DNA of 64,000 nucleotides. Origin: a virus (taxonomy: Duplodnaviria > Caudoviricetes). The position numbers and the translations under genes are program-made. The stretch is from positions 128,001 through 192,000 of IMG/VR virus record IMGVR_UViG_3300028624_000003. One strand, given 5' to 3'. Position 1 is the first letter of the stretch, and the number at the start of each line of letters is the position of its first letter. Of the stretch, positions 10,500 to 20,300 are shown one piece after another. The notes beneath the pieces were generated by a model. That model was given only the letters and a program-made list of their open reading frames with translations. It was not told the origin of the DNA and did not search any database.

Positions 10500-10563
10500 G
10501 GTATATGTTCACACGGTATATAAATCATATAACACAAAAACCCTCTGAACCTGAGGATTTCTA

Positions 10564-12030
10564 ATGGAGTCTCTGCGCATTGCTGTGTGTCCCACATATA
10601 TCGCAATCCCTTGTAACCATTACGGGGATCTGAGCGGTGGCGGGGATATACGTCGAGTCTTAGACAAATTTCGTGAGATGGAGTTTGAGTACCATTCACG
10701 CAAATGGCTTCTACGAAACCGCTACTACATCTTCGATCGATTGAACCAGGAAATGAGACTACCTCGCAATGCACTATCGTTAGTAACGGATACGTTGAGT
10801 GCACAAAGAATACCGTGTGAGGTAGTCAAAGGAGAGACAGTTACACCTAGAAGTATTGACATCGCGCTTGCTGATGGGTGGGAAGTTCGAGATTATCAGA
10901 AGAGGATTGTAGACCATCTGAGTGATACAACCAAACACATGCGTGGATCTGACTTGCAGACCGGTAAGGGTAAGACATTCTGCGCTAGTGCGACTATCAG
11001 TCGGTTAAAGCAATGCTCTATGGTGATTGCAGACGGTCTCCTCGAGCAGTGGGAATCTGCAGTAAAAGAACAACTGGCACTCACTGACGATGAAGTATAT
11101 ACACTGAAAGGATCTGGTTCGGTTATTCGAATCATGGGGTCCGAGATCAAGCCCAAAGTTTTTATCGCATCGCTCGACACACTGAGAGTATTTGCACTTG
11201 GTGGAGATACGTACACCAACTGCCCCACTTGGCTCGATTTTCAACGCTACTTTGGTATTGGTGTCAAGTTATTTGACGAGTACCATCGTAGTTTCCATGC
11301 GCTGAATACAATAGACCTGATGTCAAATATACAGAACAATCTGTATCTGTCGGCTACCCCGAAAAGAAATAAAAAGAGCGAACAAGCAATATTTGAGCTT
11401 GTCTATCCTGCTGACATGACTATCGGTGGTGAAGAATACGAAAAGTATGTAAACATCACAGGATATGCATACGGTATGGATATACCGAGGGAGTCCATGT
11501 TTAACACCTTCAAAGGTTACTCCCAAGCAAAGTACGAGCTGTATTTGTCGAACAATCCACGTGTTCGTCAGCGGTTCATACGAGAAGTGTTGCAGCCGAT
11601 CATACAGCAGCATTATTTGAAGTTGAAAGATCCTGGAGAGAAGTTGCTCATCTTTTGCGCCACAGTAAAACTGTGCGAACTTCTCAGAGACTATTTGCGT
11701 CACGAATATCCAGATATGGTAGTCAACACTGCGGTCGGTAAAGATCCTGAGTCCAACAAGTACGAGTCTGACATCATAGTCAGTACTCCAAAGTCATGTG
11801 GAACAGGTACTGACATTCCTCTTCTACGGACTGCCATCCGACTCGACTCAGACAGTAGCGAACCAGAGACAGAACAGAGACTTGGCCGACTCAGAAAGCT
11901 CGCAAGTGGAAATACACCCGAGTTCGTTGATGCGTATAATGGATGCCTGAGCAGACATAATGCACACTTCGCTACTCGCGCCAAGATATACAGCAGAAAA
12001 GGTCTACAATTCGTGAGAAGAACCTTATGA
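10564..12030 (+). CDS. Superfamily 2 (DExH) helicase (phiKZ gp75-like)
   Basis: Q motif RDYQ, Walker A QTGKGKT, DEYH, SAT and QRLGRLR motifs. Confidence 0.93.
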   Translation: MESLRIAVCPTYIAIPCNHYGDLSGGGDIRRVLDKFREMEFEYHSRKWLLRNRYYIFDRLNQEMRLPRNALSLVTDTLSAQRIPCEVVKGETVTPRSIDIALADGWEVRDYQKRIVDHLSDTTKHMRGSDLQTGKGKTFCASATISRLKQCSMVIADGLLEQWESAVKEQLALTDDEVYTLKGSGSVIRIMGSEIKPKVFIASLDTLRVFALGGDTYTNCPTWLDFQRYFGIGVKLFDEYHRSFHALNTIDLMSNIQNNLYLSATPKRNKKSEQAIFELVYPADMTIGGEEYEKYVNITGYAYGMDIPRESMFNTFKGYSQAKYELYLSNNPRVRQRFIREVLQPIIQQHYLKLKDPGEKLLIFCATVKLCELLRDYLRHEYPDMVVNTAVGKDPESNKYESDIIVSTPKSCGTGTDIPLLRTAIRLDSDSSEPETEQRLGRLRKLASGNTPEFVDAYNGCLSRHNAHFATRAKIYSRKGLQFVRRTL

Positions 12031-12062
12031 AAATGAGGGTACCTTTCGGGGTACCCTCATTT
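12031..12062 (+). terminator. Hairpin/terminator
   Basis: AAATGAGGGTACC...GGTACCCTCATTT. Confidence 0.7.
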
Positions 12063-12107
12063 CAATCATATGGACGTGCGATTCATTTTTCTTAAAGGAG
12101 TATCACT

Positions 12108-13175
12108 ATGCTGCTGATGGAGTTACCGGATGCCGGAAGAAAGATTATTGAGGAAGTCAGGTATCCCGATCTTTCACAAGCAGAAAGAGTATTTTCTTTT
12201 CCGGAACCTACTGCACACTTTGTATCTACCGGTGTCACTAGTAACGACGAGTTTTCTTCTATCATCGACGGAGACCCTGTTGTAAAATCTTTTCTATCGA
12301 TGAAGATAAATCTGGGGCACATCGTACGTCCTACAAACCGGTGCAAAGGACTCTTCCTTTATGTAAAAGGAGATCTCACTGTAGAAGGTACCCTCTCCAT
12401 GACTGCCAGAGGCTGTCAAGGAAGTGGTAAATACGTAGGAATCGATAAGTACAAAAGATCTGTATTTTTCGATGAGACTGACATCTTCTCCAGATATCGG
12501 AATATCCTAACCATCTCGAAGATTGGTGGATTAGGAGGTGCTGCGAGAATTGCTACCACAAGCGGTACTGGCAAGTATCAAATTCTTCCGGGTAATAATG
12601 GTGAAAGTATTCTCAATGGTTCCGGAGGTGGAGGTTCTGGTTGTGCGTTTTCTTCACATGGTGGTACCGTTACGTCAGGAAGAGGTGCATCTGGTACATC
12701 TTTCTCTGGTGGGGCTGGAGGCGGCGGATGCTGTAACGTAACCAACTCTGTGAATGGGTACAACGCAGCAGAAGAAGGTGGCGCCGGTGGTGCTGGTAGA
12801 GTATCGATACCTAGCGGAAATGGATTGACTCGTGCATCTGGTGGCGGTGCTGGTAACCCTGGAGGCGCGCCTCATTCCGTCAACGGAGGTACAGGTGTCA
12901 GTGGGTCTATTGGTACTGGCGGACTACTGATCTTATTTGTAGAAGGCAATATTCTCATCGGTAATTCCGGAGCGATTGAATCTTGTGGCTGTTCCGGCGG
13001 TCGAGGAGAAACTGCTTCTGGTGGAGGATCAGGAGGCGGGATTGTCGTTATCGCATGCGGTGGACAATTATTCAATCCGGACCGCGTCAGTGTGGCAGGA
13101 GGAGCTGGTGGGATAAACGGCCAGTACAACGGCGGAGCAGGTGGAGATGGTTCCAAGATTATAACTGCGATGTAA
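12108..13175 (+). CDS. Glycine-rich tail/adhesin-like protein, paralog 1
   Basis: LPDAGR start, PTNRCKG, and poly-Gly blocks (GTSFSGGAGGGG, GGGAGNPGG, SGGGSGGG) shared with the genes at 35442 and 44007. Confidence 0.75.
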   Translation: MLLMELPDAGRKIIEEVRYPDLSQAERVFSFPEPTAHFVSTGVTSNDEFSSIIDGDPVVKSFLSMKINLGHIVRPTNRCKGLFLYVKGDLTVEGTLSMTARGCQGSGKYVGIDKYKRSVFFDETDIFSRYRNILTISKIGGLGGAARIATTSGTGKYQILPGNNGESILNGSGGGGSGCAFSSHGGTVTSGRGASGTSFSGGAGGGGCCNVTNSVNGYNAAEEGGAGGAGRVSIPSGNGLTRASGGGAGNPGGAPHSVNGGTGVSGSIGTGGLLILFVEGNILIGNSGAIESCGCSGGRGETASGGGSGGGIVVIACGGQLFNPDRVSVAGGAGGINGQYNGGAGGDGSKIITAM

Positions 13176-13178
13176 AGC

Positions 13179-13217
13179 CAGAGAGAAGCCCTGCGGCTTC
13201 TCTCTGTATATTTTTTT
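13179..13217 (+). terminator. Intrinsic terminator
   Basis: CAGAGAGAAGCC-ctgc-GGCTTCTCTCTG followed by tata and T7. Confidence 0.85.
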
Positions 13218-13275
13218 GCGTATGTGCATTATGTCATAGCACTAAAGAACATTAATCGTTTGGAGTTTAAATCTC

Positions 13276-13866
13276 ATGAAAATTCACCTGTTCAACGACT
13301 CCGAAAACTTGAAAATATATCGACAACAGATGGTGGCTTGTACCGGTCACCGATTTGTAAAAAACGAAGAGTTTTCCAATCTTCAAGAAGGTGATATCGA
13401 GTACAACATTCGCAGGATGCTGAGGGACGCAATAGACGTAGCCCACCGCCGCTACGGGAAGAACATATTCATTTCCGGTGGAGCTACTGGTACAGATCAG
13501 TGGTTTGCACTGGAAGTACTGAAACTTAAAGAACTCGTTGATGATGTCATGCTGATCATCGCGAAACCATTCCCTTCGCAGGATATCCGTTGGCCGCTAG
13601 CTATTCGCGAGAAATTCCATTGGCTTTGTAGTCAAGCAGATCTCATCGTAGATGTTAATCCAGATCCATACGCAGCATGGAAGATGCATGCCAGAAATGC
13701 GTGGATGGTGGATCACTCATCAATGCTGATCGCGATGCACTGCGATGGGGTGGATGTCGGAGGGACTGCAGCTTGCCTTAGTTATGCCCACAAAAAGAGA
13801 GCATTCATTTACGAAATAGATCCCGCCAATCAAGGCTCAATCAGACTCTATAATGAACCGGAGTAG
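13276..13866 (+). CDS. SLOG family (YspA/DUF1273-like) protein
   Basis: CTGHR, FISGGATGTDQW, RNAWMVDHS..LIA and GGTA motifs. Confidence 0.85.
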   Translation: MKIHLFNDSENLKIYRQQMVACTGHRFVKNEEFSNLQEGDIEYNIRRMLRDAIDVAHRRYGKNIFISGGATGTDQWFALEVLKLKELVDDVMLIIAKPFPSQDIRWPLAIREKFHWLCSQADLIVDVNPDPYAAWKMHARNAWMVDHSSMLIAMHCDGVDVGGTAACLSYAHKKRAFIYEIDPANQGSIRLYNEPE

Positions 13867-14254
13867 TAACGTGCTCAAAATCTTTTCTAAGTTCAGTGAC
13901 CATGGCCGTAATCTGCTGTCGAAATATCGTCAGTTCACCAAAACCACGTCAGTGTACGACAAAGACCACACACTGGAATATCTGTCACTCGGACTTGTGA
14001 GTGAAGCTGGCGAGGTCGCAGGTGCAATAAAACGTGTGTTTCGTGGTGATAAGAAAAAGTACTCAGGAATAGACCAGATTCATCCTGAAGATAAAGAAAA
14101 AATCTTCAAGGAAATGGGTGATGTACTTTGGTATTTAACCGCGCTGGCTGATCAGTTAGGTACTACCGTAGATGACCTCATTGAGAACAATATGGACAAG
14201 CTCACTGACAGAAAGAAGCGCGACGTTCTCAAAGGTAACGGAGATGATCGGTAA
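13853..14254 (+). CDS. mazG: MazG-like nucleoside triphosphate pyrophosphohydrolase
   Basis: LGLVSEAGEV...KEMGDVLWY...N.DKL..R......GNGDDR, EXXE/EXXD metal motif. Confidence 0.88.
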   Translation: MNRSSNVLKIFSKFSDHGRNLLSKYRQFTKTTSVYDKDHTLEYLSLGLVSEAGEVAGAIKRVFRGDKKKYSGIDQIHPEDKEKIFKEMGDVLWYLTALADQLGTTVDDLIENNMDKLTDRKKRDVLKGNGDDR

Positions 14255-14281
14255 TTTGTATCTCTCTTAAAGGAGTGGCTC

Positions 14282-15568
14282 ATGTACCCTCTTGTACTTC
14301 TTCAGATTGTGGTGGTGATGCTGATAGATGCAATATTTCTTCAGCCGATCAAAATACTTATCGGACTAGTATCACGGTTTCTTTGGTGGCCCAGTGTCAA
14401 AGATACTGTAGTCAAGGAAAAGTGTACTGAGTTTGCTAAGAATGGTGTAACTCTCACCGAAAACCGAGTGAAAGACATTGTCTGTTCGTATGACTACACC
14501 AAGATAGTCAACGATGGCGACGCATTTAAGTGGCTCGGACTACTGTATGCATCTATCAGTCGTAATTGGACACTTCTCTGGACTTCTACTGGATACAGTG
14601 TTACCCCATCCAGAACATTTGAGTCAATTGCTGACTATCTGAAGAAATTGCACACACATATCGAGAGTTACGTAGGTGAAAATGGGTGCATTGGACGGTT
14701 TCCTGTAGGACACCCCGAAAGACACAATACAGTCGCGTTTTCTGGTGACATGCTTGTAGGATTCAACGCTTGGCTGTACCATTATTTAGCGAGAGAAGGG
14801 ACATCGATTTGTCCCTGCTTCCGAGAAAAACTTCGAGCGTTGTACAACACGACTGCGTTCAGTGTAAAAGGACCTAATGGTAGTAAGAAACGCTGGATGC
14901 AATTTGCGAACGCTAAATGGGAAACACATGACGTGACACCCAAAGAAGCTCGTGGATATGTGTACAGCATGTTTGGATTTTCCGGTGAAATGATGCGGTA
15001 CATCACGTGGCTGCATCTGGGCTACGCAGTGACAAACCAGAAAGTCTACAAATATCTTGCTCTGTTCGCGAGAGTCATCTTCGCACCGATGCTGATACTC
15101 AACCCTGCGGATGTTTCGATTTTCCCCGGACGAGTTTGTCTTGTCTCGTGGTTCACGATTCATAGCAACTTCTGTTCCGCATTGCTATACTCGAAGATAT
15201 TCAGGTCTTTTTCTGCAAAGAAAGCAGCAGCTGCGGTTCTCGAGCGTAACAAATGGAATACCGGTATGGTTACCATGTGGTACGCAATGACCGGTGCACC
15301 ATGTAGCAGCAAGAACAAATCCAAGTTACTTGGGTTTATCAACCTTCTCTCCCAGAAAGGTAGTAAACCATACACAGGTAATCTGAAGAAATTCTTCTCA
15401 CTCAAATCATTCAGTACGCAAATACTGGCTGAAGAGATTCCGACACCCGATCAGTTAGGTCACAAATATGCAGCGGAGAACAACCAGTTCAAACCGCAAA
15501 CGTGTGACGAAATTCGGAGAGAGTGGTTCAGGATCGAATCGGTGATATGCTACGCAAACATTTACTAA
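14282..15568 (+). CDS. Hypothetical protein with hydrophobic segments
   Basis: 428 aa, AAGGAG RBS, hydrophobic N-terminus; no family recognised. Confidence 0.75.
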   Translation: MYPLVLLQIVVVMLIDAIFLQPIKILIGLVSRFLWWPSVKDTVVKEKCTEFAKNGVTLTENRVKDIVCSYDYTKIVNDGDAFKWLGLLYASISRNWTLLWTSTGYSVTPSRTFESIADYLKKLHTHIESYVGENGCIGRFPVGHPERHNTVAFSGDMLVGFNAWLYHYLAREGTSICPCFREKLRALYNTTAFSVKGPNGSKKRWMQFANAKWETHDVTPKEARGYVYSMFGFSGEMMRYITWLHLGYAVTNQKVYKYLALFARVIFAPMLILNPADVSIFPGRVCLVSWFTIHSNFCSALLYSKIFRSFSAKKAAAAVLERNKWNTGMVTMWYAMTGAPCSSKNKSKLLGFINLLSQKGSKPYTGNLKKFFSLKSFSTQILAEEIPTPDQLGHKYAAENNQFKPQTCDEIRREWFRIESVICYANIY

Positions 15569-15569
15569 A

Positions 15570-15603
15570 AAGAAGATGGGGCTCTTCGGGGCCTCATCTT
15601 CTT
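15570..15603 (+). terminator. Hairpin/terminator
   Basis: AAGAAGATGGGGCTC-ttcg-GGGCCTCATCTTCTT. Confidence 0.75.
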
Positions 15604-15654
15604 CGGATCATCACATGTGTAGGACTTTATTCACTTTTGGGAGATACACTACTC

Positions 15655-16206
15655 ATGTTCGAAATGTTCCTACTCTCTGGGGTCTGTGTCGTACTTATCT
15701 TATTTGGTGCATTCAGTTACAAAGTTTTACCTGGGAAAGGATCATCTATGCTAGATATAAAAGGAAGTAATGATGACCAGTACTACGTAATGCTGGAAGG
15801 TATGGCGTGGTACGATAACGCAATCGAACAAGAAATGACAGAATTAAGAACAATGATTGTCAGTAATCGTTGTCAGTCAGAACAAGAACAAAGAATAAAA
15901 CGTATCGCATCTTTCCGTGCAAAGAGATGCTGCCACATTCTGTCATGGAATGAAAGTCAGGTAGGCGTAAAGAATCCCAGACTACTTCCTACAAATGACA
16001 CTACTGTAACGGAAATGCGTGATGAAATAGAAAAGCTAGAGGATCAGTACGAGACACTTAGAAAACATAAGTGTCGAGCTACTGAAGACACAGCCAGACT
16101 GCACCAAATAGATATACAAATGAGATACACTGAAGCGAAGATCAGAATAACAAAAACACTCCGTGCGGTACTCATCAAGTATTTCCAGTCACAACACTCA
16201 GAGTAG
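15655..16206 (+). CDS. Hypothetical protein with N-terminal transmembrane helix and coiled coil
   Basis: GGAG RBS before ATG 15655; the longer ORF start runs through a terminator. Confidence 0.65.
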   Translation: MFEMFLLSGVCVVLILFGAFSYKVLPGKGSSMLDIKGSNDDQYYVMLEGMAWYDNAIEQEMTELRTMIVSNRCQSEQEQRIKRIASFRAKRCCHILSWNESQVGVKNPRLLPTNDTTVTEMRDEIEKLEDQYETLRKHKCRATEDTARLHQIDIQMRYTEAKIRITKTLRAVLIKYFQSQHSE

Positions 16207-16226
16207 GGCAAATGCCCTACTCTGAG
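16197..16226 (+). terminator. Hairpin/terminator
   Basis: CTCAGAGTAGGGCA..TGCCCTACTCTGAG. Confidence 0.65.
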
Positions 16227-16252
16227 ATATGTCATTCATTCTAATTCGCATA

Positions 16253-16268
16253 TACATTACTTCTGTGA
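16253..16268 (+). promoter_or_regulatory. Early promoter motif
   Basis: TACATTAC ttctg TGA. Confidence 0.75.
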
Positions 16269-16301
16269 ATCACCACAAACAAACTTCACAGGAGTCGAAT
16301 C

Positions 16302-16604
16302 ATGTACCGCGCTATCAATCGCATTTTCAGCCGCATGGCTTCTCAGGTTCTGGACGCTGCTTATCGGGCAGCCAATCGCGTTATCACTTACACCGCTCGG
16401 GTCGTCCGGCAGGCTGGCCAGTACGTGGTCACCATCGTCATCGATGGCCGCATGTACTCGGAAATACTTACGCAGGAAGAAGCTCGCCAGCTGCTGTCCT
16501 ACACCACTTGCCGCATCGCGCAAGTGTGCGGTGCGTATCATCGTACCGCTAATGTCGAAACTGCCGCCACTTTCGTAGAGTGGCAGGGTGAACTTTCTTG
16601 GTAA
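16302..16604 (+). CDS. Small early protein (monocistronic)
   Basis: AGGAG RBS; has its own promoter and a downstream hairpin (16597-16637). Confidence 0.75.
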   Translation: MYRAINRIFSRMASQVLDAAYRAANRVITYTARVVRQAGQYVVTIVIDGRMYSEILTQEEARQLLSYTTCRIAQVCGAYHRTANVETAATFVEWQGELSW

Positions 16605-16809
16605 GGGATAGGAGGGAAACCTTCTATCCCTACCAAGGGATTTACAAATGCGGACATATTTTTTTGTAGGTGGGGTCCAACGCGGACCCCACCCAGTACG
16701 GAGAACTCCACTTCCACACGCCACAACGATGAGGACCCACCCATCGTCTTTCCACCCAGCCAAGGATGTGCGTCATAGTATTTCAGTGTATTCGTGTGTC
16801 AATGAAGTA

Positions 16810-16825
16810 TATATTACTACATTGA
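16810..16825 (+). promoter_or_regulatory. Early promoter motif
   Basis: TATATTAC tacat TGA. Confidence 0.75.
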
Positions 16826-16840
16826 TAAACCTATTCAAAA

Positions 16841-17173
16841 TTGGAGGCAAACATTAATTCACTCACAGATGTACTACGTGACTTGAACCGCACTGCGGCG
16901 ATAGTCACGCAAACTACCAGCAAGGAGAAACTCAGACTGGTATTCGTTAAGGGATCAGCACAACCATTTCAGCATCACCTCGATCTCCTCGGACAAGATG
17001 GTCACATCTACGCCTCGATTGATATTCCTTCTCATGTAGGCTTCTCGACCATCACCAAAATGATTACTGCCATGTCTCTCAATGCTTTGATTCTACTAGA
17101 GATAGAAGAAAAGATATTCTATCTCGGTGCACGAAATGGACGTGTGCGCGCGGTACAAAGTAGGCGCATGTAA
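16841..17173 (+). CDS. Small early hypothetical protein (start uncertain: TTG 16841 or ATT 16853)
   Basis: 110-codon frame after a promoter; GGAGG lies 5 nt before an in-frame ATT. Confidence 0.6.
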   Translation: MEANINSLTDVLRDLNRTAAIVTQTTSKEKLRLVFVKGSAQPFQHHLDLLGQDGHIYASIDIPSHVGFSTITKMITAMSLNALILLEIEEKIFYLGARNGRVRAVQSRRM

Positions 17174-17220
17174 CAAAACGTCTATTGCTACTGCCACTAG
17201 CAATGGATGAAAATAACAAC

Positions 17221-17251
17221 GAGTGGTACCTAGACCCACTAGGTACCACTC
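17221..17251 (+). terminator. Hairpin/terminator
   Basis: GAGTGGTACCTAG-accca-CTAGGTACCACTC. Confidence 0.7.
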
Positions 17252-17352
17252 ACTAAAATTCGAGGTATTATTTATTTTTTGGTAAGATATAAAATCGACG
17301 TGTATGGTATGTCCGTAAGGATATCTATCAGAAAATCATAATGGAGTTATTC

Positions 17353-20300
17353 ATGCACACACTCATTTGTACGGTAAAGCGTGATGGTAAAACTGAAGTA
17401 CCTTTTGATGCAAACAAAATCTCTGTGGCCATTTCCAAGGCCGCACATGCATCCGGTGAACCGGTTGATGCCGCGTCATGTACCGCCAAAGTGCTGCTCG
17501 CTCTGTCGGAAGCATCCGTTGATGGTAAGGTAGGAGTCGAAACGATTCAGGACGAAGTCGAACGAGTTCTGATGATGAATGATCACTACCTGACAGCAAA
17601 GAAGTACATCATTTACCGTCAGCATCGTGCCGACGGTCGTGCGTTCAAAATCTCCACTTTGACCGACCTCGTAGATGAATATCTTGGAAAGTGCGAATGG
17701 TCCATCAAAGAAAACTCAAACATGGACTTCTCTCTTCAGGGTCTTAACCAGTATGTGACAGCCAAGGCGATGAGTGCGTATTGGTTGGCAAAGATATTCC
17801 CGCCTGATGTGCGTGAAGCTCATAATAAGGGTACGATCCACGTACATGACCTCAATCTTCTTGCACCGTACTGCTGCGGCTGGGATTTGAGACAACTTCT
17901 CCTTGTCGGATTCAGCGGGGTCGAAGGATCCAATGACTCCAAGCCAGCAAAGCATTTCCAACAGATACTGGGACAGTGCTGGAACTTCCTTTTCACACTT
18001 CAAGGAGAAGCTGCGGGTGCACAGGCATTCAGTAACTTCGATACCTACCTCGCTCCGTTCATCAGGTTTGACAAGCTTTCGTACCGTGAAGTGAAGAAAG
18101 CTCTTCAGACATTTTTCCACAACATGACTACCAAAACACGTGTCGGATTCCAGTGCGTACCTGATACATACACGTGTCTCACTCCTGAAGGTTGGAAGTA
18201 CCATCACGAACTGCAGCCAGGTGACGAAATTTACGTCTTTGATGTGAATACTGGGCAGATCCGGTTGGATGTACTTACTCACGTGAATACGTACGAGTAT
18301 CGTGGGGAGATGATCCAGTTTACTGGTCGTAAGTTGAAGATGATGACGACCCCCAATCACAGGACGATCCGTCGCAAGTTCAACTCCAACAAATACGTGA
18401 TCGAGACTTCTGGTGATATATACGAGAAGTACGACACTCCAATCGATATTCCTCTGGCGGGTCACGTGAATCGTCAAGGCGTGGACATGACAGATGATGA
18501 GATCCGTCTGCTCGGTTGGGCGCTTACTGATGCTCACATGGACAATCATGGCACACGCATTCGTATCTATCAATCTCCCAAAAAGTACGCTCACGAAATT
18601 GCTCGTCTACTTACCAGACTCAATGCCGATTGGTATGCAGCTCCTGCTGGTGGTGGTGGCTATGGAGATGAAGTGTACAGATTTGACGTCAAGGGTGATC
18701 TTGCCCGAATGATACTCGACTACACTGCCGGATGTCGTGAGGCAATTCCGCTGCACTTCATGAACAACGCATCAGTGGATCAGATTCATGTGTTGCTGGA
18801 TACAATGATTCTTGCCGACGGCACGATCGAAGAAAGTGGACGTATTCGGATAGCCAAGAAAAATGACTACATGGCAGAATGCATACAAACTCTGCTGGTG
18901 CTGTCTGGATACGGTTCTACAAGAAATCGTCGTCTGTCTTGTACCGACACAGTGTCTGTATACAAGAAGCCGATCGCTACGACAAGAACAGAAGTCGTGG
19001 ATTATGAGGGTGTGGTTTGGTGTCCTACGACGGATACTGGCACATTCATCTGCAGAGCTGAAGACGGTACACCGTTCATCACGGGAAACTCTCCGTTTAC
19101 AAATATCACAATGGACTTGACTGTACCTCGGTACATGAAAGATGAACCAGTCATTCGTGGTGGTGAATTTACCGACTACACTTACGGTGAGTTCCAAGAA
19201 GAAATGAATATTTTCAATCGTGCACTTTGCGAAGTCATGATTGAAGGCGATGCATCTGGGCGCCAGTTCTCTTTCCCCATTCCTACATACAGCATCACCA
19301 AGGATTTCGACTGGGACAACGAAGTTCTCGAACCTCTTTGGAAGCTGACTGCGATGTACGGGGCACCCTACTTTACCAACTACGTGAATTCGGATCTCAA
19401 TCCGGAAGACGTACGGTCCATGTGTCCGCTTCACCCCGAAGAAAAGATTCATGTCAAGATAAATGGTTCATGGATGAACATGACCATCTACGCAGTGTAC
19501 TCCTTCTTAGCGAACAAGATGGATAAGTCCGAAGTGTACGTGATGCACAAGGGTAAAGAGATACCTGTGACTGGCGTTTCTGTACATGCTGCGGAGACGT
19601 TTGTACGTATCAGGACTGTACTCGATCCTGATGGAGTCATATTCGAGGGCGGCCATCACCAACCGTTCCGTACTGACGGTCTTGGACCTATGAAAAAGTC
19701 CACAGCTCGGTCGTTGAGAGTCGGGGAATACCTGCCTTACAGTGAATCTACTCGGGAAAACGTGGGATGTCCTGACGACTGCTTTGCTCAGGATGGTTAC
19801 GTGTTTGCAAAGATCACCCACAAGGAAATTCTGGGCAAGATTCATCCTTACGCTTACTGCATCGAAGTTGGTACGGAAGACCACTTGTTCGATCTGGAGC
19901 CCGGTGGTCTCGTGACGCACAACTGCAGACTGCAACTCGATCTTACGACGTTACGTCGTCGTGGTGGTGGTCAATTTGGTGCCAATCCTTTGACTGGTTC
20001 CATCGGTGTCGTCACTCTCAACCTGCCTGCCATGGCTTACAACGCAAAGGGTGACAAATCCAAGTTCTTCGAAGCAATCATCGATGGAATGGAAATGGCC
20101 CGAGAGATCTTGACTCTGAAGCGAGAGTTTGTCGAGAAGAACGTGACCCTTGGGCTGTACCCCTACACCAGACGGTATCTTGAAGATGTCGCGATGGTGG
20201 CTGAGAATGTCAAGGGAAAGAAAGAGTACATGTACAACCACTTCTCTACCATTGGGATAGTCGGTGGTAACGAGGCATGTCTCAACCTTCTTGGCAAGTC

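Noticed and set aside
16752-16760. Chi-like site (reverse complement GCTGGGTGG)
   Set aside because: Does not match GCTGGTGG exactly, and the host is unknown.
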